From a virus, in IMG/VR virus record IMGVR_UViG_3300042868_005761, positions 64,001-128,000 of that record: a stretch of 64,000 nt of DNA. One strand, 5' to 3'. Positions 1-7,640 of this stretch are shown here, piece by piece; positions within the stretch are counted from its first letter, which is position 1; each line of letters starts with the position of its first letter. The position numbers and the translations under genes are program-made. Under the pieces are notes generated by a model. That model worked only from the letters and a program-made list of their open reading frames with translations, had not been told where the DNA came from and made no database searches.

Positions 1-1
1 A

Positions 2-958
2 CTCCTATTTGAAGATCAGTCTTACGATTGTCTACAGCCGGATTACGGGTTTACTAATGTTGTGGACGATGTCTTTTATACTGGAGTGAAAGAGTTAGGA
101 AACATAAATCATCCTAGTCTATCTCTTCACTATCTTTCTCCATCTAGTCCTTTGTATCAGGGACTAGGAGGACTAAGAAGAAGTATTTTTAAGATAACTA
201 CTGAGGAAATCTTTGAATGGCTTAAGCTTAATGTTACAGATGAAGACATCTTAAAAGCCGAATCAGATCTTTCTGATGATATGCTTGATGACTTTGAGCT
301 GACAGATGAAGAGATTAAGGATAGAGAAGCTACATTAGAAAAACAGATAGCAAAAATTCCGGATATCTCCCAAGACCCATTTTTAAATGACACTAGTTTT
401 GAGAAATATGATACTCAAAGGATTACAGTAAAAGAAACCTCTGATACTGCTTTGCGACTAATTGAACAGTTAAAAAGAGCAGGTAAGAAAAATAAATCTA
501 ACCCTTCTTGGGCTAAGTATAACTGCGTACTTCCTGGAGTATTGCCTGGTCATGAGAAAACTACTCGCCCTCTAATTGCTTGTATTCTTGATACAAGTGG
601 TAGCATTGACTTGTTGCTTGCTCAAAAATTTGTATCTTATATAAAGAAGTTATCAAGGCATGCAAACATACATTACCTGATGGGTGATACGGTTGTTAGA
701 GAAGAATTAGTAAAGACAAAGAACAGAAGCTTTGCAGATAGTATTGATTGGAAAGGTGGTGGCGGAACAGATTTGAATCCTGCAATAAAAAGAATTAATC
801 AACATAACGGTAGATACAAATATGACGCAATATTATGTTTCACTGATGGGATAATTCCAGAAATAAATAAAAGTAATATTACAAATAAATTTTATCTAGT
901 TGTGCCGAAGGAGACAGTCAATCGTAAATTACCTAACTTGAACAAGATCTATTTGTAA
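2..958 (+). CDS. vWA-domain protein (DUF2201-like); 5' end lies outside the window
   Basis: MIDAS motif ILDTSGS, plus GGGGTD and FTDG motifs; the frame is open from position 2, so the GTG at 62 is probably not the true start. Confidence 0.75.
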   Translation, partial: LLFEDQSYDCLQPDYGFTNVVDDVFYTGVKELGNINHPSLSLHYLSPSSPLYQGLGGLRRSIFKITTEEIFEWLKLNVTDEDILKAESDLSDDMLDDFELTDEEIKDREATLEKQIAKIPDISQDPFLNDTSFEKYDTQRITVKETSDTALRLIEQLKRAGKKNKSNPSWAKYNCVLPGVLPGHEKTTRPLIACILDTSGSIDLLLAQKFVSYIKKLSRHANIHYLMGDTVVREELVKTKNRSFADSIDWKGGGGTDLNPAIKRINQHNGRYKYDAILCFTDGIIPEINKSNITNKFYLVVPKETVNRKLPNLNKIYL

Positions 959-966
959 GGAACTCA

Positions 967-1869
967 ATGCAAGAGCCAAAGGAAGTATTTCATCCGTCAA
1001 TAATCGATGTGGAATATTCAGCAGATCTAGGGCCTTTATTCACGGACGACCCTGTTACTATTGATGATCTTGACTTTGATCCATGGTTTGAGATGACACC
1101 ACCACCAGTTAATAGCTATTGGTGCTTTAGACATGGAAGCTATAGTGCTCTTAAACGTTGGAATGGAGAAGCTTTAGTCAATATAAATCTACCTACAGTT
1201 AAGAAATTTGCGCCTAAGAACTTAGAGCAAAAATATTTACTGTCTGCTTTATATGATCAAAATATCCCAATGCTTACAGTTTTTGGTGGCGCTGGCTCAG
1301 GTAAAACCTATGTGACAATGGTTGCTGCCATTAATATGCTTGATGAAAAGAAATTCGAAAGAATTATTCTAACTAAGAGTAGAGCCCAAGCTACGACTGC
1401 TAGCGGTGGTAGAATTGGCGATGTTCCAGGCACGATCATAGATAAGATGAAACCTGTTTTTAGCTCTTACGAACGCGCTCTTGCAAAGATTTGGGGTAAA
1501 ACTTACCTAAAGATCTTTGAACAGAAGCTTGAAGAAGGCAAGATTGAATGCATTCCTTTGGAATATATGCGCGGTGAAGACTTTACAAATGCTTTAGTCA
1601 TTTGTGATGAAGCCCAGAACGTTGAGATCCATCAGTTTAAGACTCTAATAACTCGTTTAGGTGAGAAGAGTAAGTTAATACTTATGGCTGATACAGATCA
1701 GATTGACGAAAAAGAAAACCGTAAAGGTAAACTTTGCCCAGTCCTTCAAACAATCGGACTTGACATTTACCAAGAGAGTCCACTTACTAGCTTCGTAGAA
1801 CTTATTGAAATTGAGCGCAGTCCTTTGGCTGAGCTTGGAATACAGATCTGCAAGAAACTAGTCGCTTAA
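967..1869 (+). CDS. phoH: PhoH-family ATPase (PhoH2/YlaK-type ATPase domain, no PIN domain seen)
   Basis: PKNLEQ, Walker A GGAGSGKT, IGDVPG, YMRGEDF, Walker B ICDEAQN, TRLGEKSK, ADTDQID, ERSPLAEL. Confidence 0.9.
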   Translation: MQEPKEVFHPSIIDVEYSADLGPLFTDDPVTIDDLDFDPWFEMTPPPVNSYWCFRHGSYSALKRWNGEALVNINLPTVKKFAPKNLEQKYLLSALYDQNIPMLTVFGGAGSGKTYVTMVAAINMLDEKKFERIILTKSRAQATTASGGRIGDVPGTIIDKMKPVFSSYERALAKIWGKTYLKIFEQKLEEGKIECIPLEYMRGEDFTNALVICDEAQNVEIHQFKTLITRLGEKSKLILMADTDQIDEKENRKGKLCPVLQTIGLDIYQESPLTSFVELIEIERSPLAELGIQICKKLVA

Positions 1870-1881
1870 TACTTTTTGCTA

Positions 1882-1910
1882 TTGCAAACCATGTGGTGAC
1901 GGGCTATACT
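1882..1910 (+). promoter_or_regulatory. sigma70-type promoter upstream of dnaE-N, embedded in an inverted repeat
   Basis: TTGCAA (1882-1887), 17-bp spacer, TATACT (1905-1910). Confidence 0.55.
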
Positions 1911-1962
1911 TAGCCTTGTCACCTATTGGTGTTTGTTCATTTTTAACATAAGAGAGAATGAT

Positions 1963-3243
1963 ATGGGAATGGTACATCTTCACGCACATAGTTATTATTC
2001 ATTGCTTGATGGCTTACAGCCAGCTGATCAAATGGGCAAGATTGTTGCGTCTAGAGGGATGAATGCAGTTGCTTTGACCGACCATGGATATATGGGTGGC
2101 ATTCCAGAGTTTGTAAAAGGTTGCCGGGCTGCTAATGTAAAGCCTATTATTGGCAATGAGACTTATCTTGCATTTAATGATGCTAAGACTAAGTCTGATT
2201 TTATGCCTGAGAACGGTGTTGCAGAGAAAGCAGTTAACAATGGTCATTTCTTATTGCTTGCTAAGAATGAAGAAGGTTATAAGAACCTAATGAAGCTTAC
2301 TAAGTATTCATATGAGGATGGCTTTTATCGTTATCCTCGCATTGACTTGGAGATGTTTAAGCAGCATGCTAAGGGCTTGATTGCTACTAGTACTTGTATC
2401 AGTAGTCAGTGCTTTAAGTACTGGCACTGGGGTGAACATGCAAAGATTGATAGATGGTGTGATGAAGTTAGAGAGGCAGTCGGCGACGACAGCTTCTTCC
2501 TTGAGCTTCAGCATAACAATGTTGAAAAGCAATATGGCTATAATCAATATCTAATTGATCTAAGTAAGCGCAAGAATATTCCCCTTGTCCTTACTGCAGA
2601 TGCACATCATCAGAACCAAGATCAGTATAAACTACGTAGCTATGTTATGTGTGTGAGTATGCATAAGACTCCAGATACAATGCCATATGAAGTCCAAGAT
2701 CACAATGCTTGGATGTATGATGCCGAATTTGCTAAGAGTTTATGCGACGATTGGCAATTGCCACACGAAGCAATTACTAATACTCAGCATGTAGCAGATC
2801 TTGTAGATGGTGACTACTTTGAAAGAGTCACTAGAGCTCCCAATCTTCAGCTTGAAGGTCTTACTCCGGAAGGCACAAGCTTAATGTTGCTTAAGAAGGC
2901 TAAGGCTGGACTTATAGCTAGACTTGGCGTAGCTACCTGGGCGGATGTTCCTAAGGCATATAAGGATAGAATTAAATACGAGTTCCAAGTCATTGACGAG
3001 GCTCGTTATAGTTCTTATTTCCTTGTCGTTCAGGACTATGTTAGTCTTGCTAAGGGTATGGGTATACCCGTTGGCCCAGCACGTGGTTCTGGTGGCGGAT
3101 CTTTGATCTCATGGTCACTTGGAATCACTGCCAAGCATCTTGATCCTGTTAAGCATGGCTTACTCTTTGAGCGCTTCCTGAATCCTGGTCGAGTAAGAAT
3201 ATCTTTAGACTTCTCAGAGGATATGAAGGAATTAAATGCTTAA
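1963..3243 (+). CDS. dnaE: DNA polymerase III alpha, N-terminal part (PHP domain plus first half of the palm)
   Basis: HLHAHSYYSLLDG, ALTDHG, GNETY, HFLLLAKNEEGYKNLMKL, TADAHH, GPARGSGGGSLISWSLGIT, LLFERFLNPGR, then stops; ATG at 1963 follows AGAGAG. Confidence 0.93.
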   Translation: MGMVHLHAHSYYSLLDGLQPADQMGKIVASRGMNAVALTDHGYMGGIPEFVKGCRAANVKPIIGNETYLAFNDAKTKSDFMPENGVAEKAVNNGHFLLLAKNEEGYKNLMKLTKYSYEDGFYRYPRIDLEMFKQHAKGLIATSTCISSQCFKYWHWGEHAKIDRWCDEVREAVGDDSFFLELQHNNVEKQYGYNQYLIDLSKRKNIPLVLTADAHHQNQDQYKLRSYVMCVSMHKTPDTMPYEVQDHNAWMYDAEFAKSLCDDWQLPHEAITNTQHVADLVDGDYFERVTRAPNLQLEGLTPEGTSLMLLKKAKAGLIARLGVATWADVPKAYKDRIKYEFQVIDEARYSSYFLVVQDYVSLAKGMGIPVGPARGSGGGSLISWSLGITAKHLDPVKHGLLFERFLNPGRVRISLDFSEDMKELNA

Positions 3244-3526
3244 AAATATAAAGATAGATATGCCAGAGGTTCCTTATCGCAACACAATTGCAGAAGAATT
3301 TGTTTACAATACAGAAACTCAAAGCATAGAGTCTCTAAAGGAGTCTTTTATTCTTAAGTCTATATTTAACAAGAAGAACTTCTGGGCTATCAAGCATCCT
3401 TTTTTAATATTACTTGCTTTATTCTTTAGATACATTATGATTAATAACCAAGTATCTAATGCACATCATAAGCGTAAAGAAACTTTACACTTATTTAAAT
3501 CTATTGCCCGTCAATGCTGGAGTTAG
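3236..3526 (+). CDS. Small hypothetical protein with one hydrophobic segment, lying between the dnaE halves
   Basis: 96 aa; ATG overlaps the end of dnaE-N and follows AAGGA; hydrophobic stretch PFLILLALFFRYIMI; stop lies 1 nt before the dnaE-C ATG. Confidence 0.6.
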   Translation: MLKNIKIDMPEVPYRNTIAEEFVYNTETQSIESLKESFILKSIFNKKNFWAIKHPFLILLALFFRYIMINNQVSNAHHKRKETLHLFKSIARQCWS

Positions 3527-3527
3527 A

Positions 3528-5945
3528 ATGTCAATTACTATAGAAAACATACGATCTTTCTTTGACAAGGAAAGGTTGCCAGCTGTTAATAAAGACTATT
3601 TGGAGTTTGAGATTAAGTATCTTACTCCTGAAACTCTAGTATTTATAAACAATGCTTATGATTCACAGAAATCATTGTCTAATAAGTCTAATAGTGCAAT
3701 TCTATATTTGCTTAATTTGTCTGACAATTATAATTCCGATTCACGTATAACTTATAACGTAGACGGCGAAGGTCCAGACATTGACACTGACTTTTGTAAT
3801 GTCCGTGCTGATGATCTAATCAAAGCACTCCAAACTAAATATGGTCATGACCGTGTTCTTCGTGTCTCAACTTATAAGCCATGGTCTCTTAAGACCAGTG
3901 TTAAGGCTTTTACTAAGTTACTCAAGAACGCAGATGGATCATACAGAACTATTGCTGACGCAGAACGTCTTGCTGATAGTTTGCCTGAGAGTCACCGTGG
4001 TAAATACGTAACTTACAAAGAGCTTATCGAAGATAATAGTGAGCACATTAAGAAGATTGTAGAAGCTAATCAAGATATCTTTAGTCTTTGCGGACCAGTA
4101 GATGGCCAAGCTAAGGAAGTTAGCGTTCATGCTAGCGCAGTTCTAATTGGTACAAGTCCAGTAGACCAGATGATTCCAATTCGCAAAAGCAAGACTGAAG
4201 GCGCAGACTGGTTTAATCTTACGCAGTGGGAAGGTCCAACTCTAGAAAAGATGAACTTTATTAAGTTCGATATCCTTAGAATTGACTGTCTTACTATTAA
4301 TGATCTTACCTGTAAGCGTATTGGCAAGTCCCTTAAATGGCTAGAGGAAGAAGTTCCTACTGATGATCCAGCCGTGTTTGAGTTAATCAATAAGGGATTT
4401 ACAGCTGGACTATTCCAGATGGAAGAGACCTATCTCCTAAAGCTTGTAGCTGATCTTAAGCCACAGAGCGTTCAGGATCTTGCAGTTTTCTCAGCTCTTA
4501 ATCGTCCTGGTCCTCGTGACTCTGGTCTTCTCCAAGACTATATTGATTACAAGACAACTAAAGAGACTCAGAATAAATTACATCCCTTGCTTGATGGTAT
4601 ACTTGCTGAGACCGGAGGTGTTCTTATTTACCAAGAACAAATTATGGCAGCATGTCAAATTCTTGCAGGTGTAACCTTACAAGAAGCTGATAAGATTAGA
4701 AAAGCAATGGGCAAGAAGGACGCTATTCTAATGGAGGAGTATCGCACACTTTTTGTGGATGGCTGTGGACGTCTTCATCAGATTAATACTAGCGAAGCAA
4801 CTCGTATATGGAATATCATTGCAGCATTTGCTGAGTATGGATTTAATAAAAGTCATGCTCTTGCTTATGCTTTCATTACATATTTCAATGCATATCTTAA
4901 AACTTACTACCCTACAGACTTTATGCTTACGCTAATGACTGTTAGGAGTGGTAAGCCAGAGAAACTGGTTCGTTATATCAACGAGTATCGGCAGATGGGA
5001 TACAATATTCTTCCACCTAGCATTAACAATAGTGATATTGGTTTTACTAAGTTGGATGATAACACTATCCTATTTGGCCTTGGCATGATCAATGGCATTG
5101 GTAACAAAGCTAGCGATCTTATACTCAAGGCTCGTGGCCGGAAGTCCTTTACAAGCATGGCTGATTTCTTTACTAGAATTAATCGAACAAAGATTAATGC
5201 TGGCGTTGTTAGCATACTTGCAAAGGTTGGTGCCTTTGATAGCTTTGGATATGACAGAGTTAAGCTTGTAGAGAAACTTTCTGATATCTTTGATTACTAT
5301 ACAAAGGTTGAAAACTATCAAACAAGAATAGTTCAAGCTTTTGAACGTAACAAAGAGCTAGATGCTTATCCTGCATTGCTCGATGACTGGACTACCAAAG
5401 TAAAAGCTGGTGTCATTACAGTACAACTAGATTCTGACAGTAAGAAGGTTTACTCTGAACTAAGACCTAAGAAGCCATTGGTACTCAAAGTTCCAGAACA
5501 GCCTGTCTTTCCTGACCTAGAGTCTATCAAGAAAAGTCTGGGATACAAAGTCCCACTTCAAATTGTCAAATGGGAATCTGAATATTGTAAGTTCTTTATT
5601 AGCCGCCATCCTCTGTCCTATATCACTAAGACGCCTCCTGGCATTTTAATTAGTCAAATAGAGGATATAGATGAAACAAATAGTAACGAAGGCAATCTGC
5701 TCGTTGCGGTATCTCATATTAAAGAACAGCAAATTAAAAGTGGTAAATCGAAAGGAAAATTAATGGCAACATTGACAATCGAAGATTTATCTTCTATATC
5801 AGAAGTCACATTGTTCTCAGATCAATATGAAGAATTGAAAGACAAACTTGACTATTGTTCCCTATTATTTTTCCCCTACAAAGCAACTAAGAAAGATGAC
5901 TTCTTACGGATTCGCCCAGTAGGAAAAATTACTTTAATAAAGTAA
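3528..5945 (+). CDS. dnaE: DNA polymerase III alpha, C-terminal part (catalytic Asp motifs, fingers, HhH, OB fold)
   Basis: PDIDTDF (from 3774), SVHASAV, KFDILR, GLFQME, LNRPGP, ETGGVLIYQEQIM, IRKAMGKK, FAEYGFNKSHALAY, FGLGMINGIG, OB fold GKLMATLTIED; GGAG RBS at 3519-3522 supports ATG 3528 over 3459. Confidence 0.93.
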   Translation: MSITIENIRSFFDKERLPAVNKDYLEFEIKYLTPETLVFINNAYDSQKSLSNKSNSAILYLLNLSDNYNSDSRITYNVDGEGPDIDTDFCNVRADDLIKALQTKYGHDRVLRVSTYKPWSLKTSVKAFTKLLKNADGSYRTIADAERLADSLPESHRGKYVTYKELIEDNSEHIKKIVEANQDIFSLCGPVDGQAKEVSVHASAVLIGTSPVDQMIPIRKSKTEGADWFNLTQWEGPTLEKMNFIKFDILRIDCLTINDLTCKRIGKSLKWLEEEVPTDDPAVFELINKGFTAGLFQMEETYLLKLVADLKPQSVQDLAVFSALNRPGPRDSGLLQDYIDYKTTKETQNKLHPLLDGILAETGGVLIYQEQIMAACQILAGVTLQEADKIRKAMGKKDAILMEEYRTLFVDGCGRLHQINTSEATRIWNIIAAFAEYGFNKSHALAYAFITYFNAYLKTYYPTDFMLTLMTVRSGKPEKLVRYINEYRQMGYNILPPSINNSDIGFTKLDDNTILFGLGMINGIGNKASDLILKARGRKSFTSMADFFTRINRTKINAGVVSILAKVGAFDSFGYDRVKLVEKLSDIFDYYTKVENYQTRIVQAFERNKELDAYPALLDDWTTKVKAGVITVQLDSDSKKVYSELRPKKPLVLKVPEQPVFPDLESIKKSLGYKVPLQIVKWESEYCKFFISRHPLSYITKTPPGILISQIEDIDETNSNEGNLLVAVSHIKEQQIKSGKSKGKLMATLTIEDLSSISEVTLFSDQYEELKDKLDYCSLLFFPYKATKKDDFLRIRPVGKITLIK

Positions 5946-5952
5946 GGTTTCC

Positions 5953-7113
5953 ATGAATACAGTTATTTGGCAGAAAGAGGATCTTGATACTTGGATCCCA
6001 GGTACTTTACTTTGTATTAAGTACAATATATCTCGACATACGCTAGAGCGCCTTGCCAAGAGGGGAGCCATAGAAGTACAGAAGGGTGAAAATCCTAAAG
6101 CTACTTCTACCTTGAATAAGATTATTAATTACTATAAGATCCCAAGTAGTAAGAACATCAAGACTAAGAAGATTGGCCCTACTAAGCCAACTGTTATCCA
6201 AGCTCTAGCAAGCGCAGAAGACCCCAAGGATGTCACAAAGGATGTTGAGAAGGCAGGTAGTATACAAGCTTATCTCGATGCCGTTAAGGACGCGAAGGAC
6301 AAGGTCTTCTTAACAAAGAAGGCTAGCACTGCAGAAGCAGCAATTAAGATTCTTAGTTTAAGTGATATTCACTTTCCATTCCAGAACCAAGAAATAATTG
6401 ATGAAGTTATTGAGTTACATAAGGATGCAGACATTCTTGTACTTAATGGCGACTTACTAGATGGTTACGCCGCTAGTAGCTTTGCCAAGGATAAGAATAT
6501 TCCTATGCATCTAGAGTATACAATGGCTTTAGAGTTTGTTCGTAAAGTTTCTGGAATCTTTCCTCAAGTTTATATCGTACGTGGCAACCACGAGCATAGA
6601 CTTGAAAAATACTTTGCTAATAAGATTGATCCGACCATGCAGATGTTTGCATGCAAGGACACTCTGTATTACCTAGCAAAGGGTTATATCCTAGATGAGG
6701 ATGGTGCTCATATTGGCACTGTAGAACTACCAAACGTTATATACAATCCACAGGGTAATCCTTGGATCCTTCAACTAAACAAGACCGTATTTTTACACCC
6801 AAGCACTTATCTTAGCGCTCCTCTCGGCACTGTAGTTAAAGCTTGCGATTATTTGCAAAACTTCCTAGAATGGGATAGTTATGATTGCGTTGTTATGGGA
6901 CATACACATAAGCTGGGTAAGCTTGTCTACAAGGGTAAACTTGTAATGGAACAAGGTTGCTTAGTTAAGTTGATGGACTATCAGCGCAGTGCTAAGTTCA
7001 CAAAGGAAGCAGTTACATTAGGATATGCAGTCGTTTACCAAGACCAAGATGGCAATACATTATTTAACGAGACTGACGTTAAGTATTGCGGAACATTAAA
7101 CTATTTAAAGTAA
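5953..7113 (+). CDS. Calcineurin-like metallophosphoesterase with an N-terminal HTH-like region
   Basis: SDIHFP, NGDLLD, RGNHE, GHTHK; N-terminal YNISRHTLERLAKRGAI resembles an excisionase-type HTH. Confidence 0.85.
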   Translation: MNTVIWQKEDLDTWIPGTLLCIKYNISRHTLERLAKRGAIEVQKGENPKATSTLNKIINYYKIPSSKNIKTKKIGPTKPTVIQALASAEDPKDVTKDVEKAGSIQAYLDAVKDAKDKVFLTKKASTAEAAIKILSLSDIHFPFQNQEIIDEVIELHKDADILVLNGDLLDGYAASSFAKDKNIPMHLEYTMALEFVRKVSGIFPQVYIVRGNHEHRLEKYFANKIDPTMQMFACKDTLYYLAKGYILDEDGAHIGTVELPNVIYNPQGNPWILQLNKTVFLHPSTYLSAPLGTVVKACDYLQNFLEWDSYDCVVMGHTHKLGKLVYKGKLVMEQGCLVKLMDYQRSAKFTKEAVTLGYAVVYQDQDGNTLFNETDVKYCGTLNYLK

Positions 7114-7123
7114 GAGGTACAAG

Positions 7124-7498
7124 ATGATTGAACAAGATAACCTACAAGACAATACCGCAGAGCCCGAGTACAGCGAAGACTTTCTTAAGGGTTCACCTAC
7201 CCGTGAAGAAGTCAATCAATACATGAATAATGTATATATGGCTGTTAACAATAGCGTTGGCCTCTATCAGGGATACATGGTTTCAGCACTAGTTGATACT
7301 CTGGTTGACACTCTTGCTGCTAATGGTATAGCCATTGAGAAGGACAAGTTTATGGCAGAATTCCTTAGACGGAATGGCGAGTTTGCAAAGATTGCAAATG
7401 AAAAGATGAGAGAGATGTCAGACGAAGATCTAGCGTCCCCAGACGCTCAGCCTATGCCTGCTCCTTCTGTTCCTGCACCTGAGATTAAGCTGATTTAA
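7124..7498 (+). CDS. Hypothetical protein
   Basis: 124-aa ORF, GAGG RBS, tightly packed in the operon. Confidence 0.75.
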   Translation: MIEQDNLQDNTAEPEYSEDFLKGSPTREEVNQYMNNVYMAVNNSVGLYQGYMVSALVDTLVDTLAANGIAIEKDKFMAEFLRRNGEFAKIANEKMREMSDEDLASPDAQPMPAPSVPAPEIKLI

Positions 7499-7502
7499 TC
7501 TG

Positions 7503-7536
7503 TTGACATTGTTTTAAAATAGTCTATTATTATAAT
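7503..7536 (+). promoter_or_regulatory. sigma70-type promoter upstream of the tRNA
   Basis: Consensus TTGACA (7503-7508) followed by overlapping TATTAT (7525, 7528) and TATAAT (7531) candidates for the -10 box. Confidence 0.6.
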
Positions 7537-7540
7537 CAAT

Positions 7541-7613
7541 TCTGGCTTAGCTCAGTAGGTAGAGCAAGGGACTGTTAATCCCTGGGTCACAGGTTCGAAT
7601 CCTGTAGCCAGAG
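7541..7613 (+). tRNA. tRNA-Asn (GTT), CCA not encoded
   Basis: Cloverleaf: acceptor TCTGGCT/AGCCAGA, D stem GCTC/GAGC, anticodon stem AGGGA/TCCCT with loop CTGTTAA (GTT at 7574-7576), T arm ACAGG-TTCGAAT-CCTGT, discriminator G. Confidence 0.97.
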
Positions 7614-7640
7614 CTGATTATCTATATTTTAAGGAAAACA

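Noticed and set aside
3459-3527. Longer N-terminus for dnaE-C as given in the ORF track
   Set aside because: Overlaps the 96-aa ORF; ATG 3528 has a well-placed GGAG
3190-3790. Split intein joining the dnaE halves
   Set aside because: No Cys/Ser-initiated N-intein after the N-extein and no His-Asn followed by Cys/Ser/Thr before PDIDTDF
1963-5945. dnaE pseudogene or simple frameshift
   Set aside because: All catalytic motifs are intact, both parts have RBSs, and over 500 nt of extra coding sequence separates the motifs
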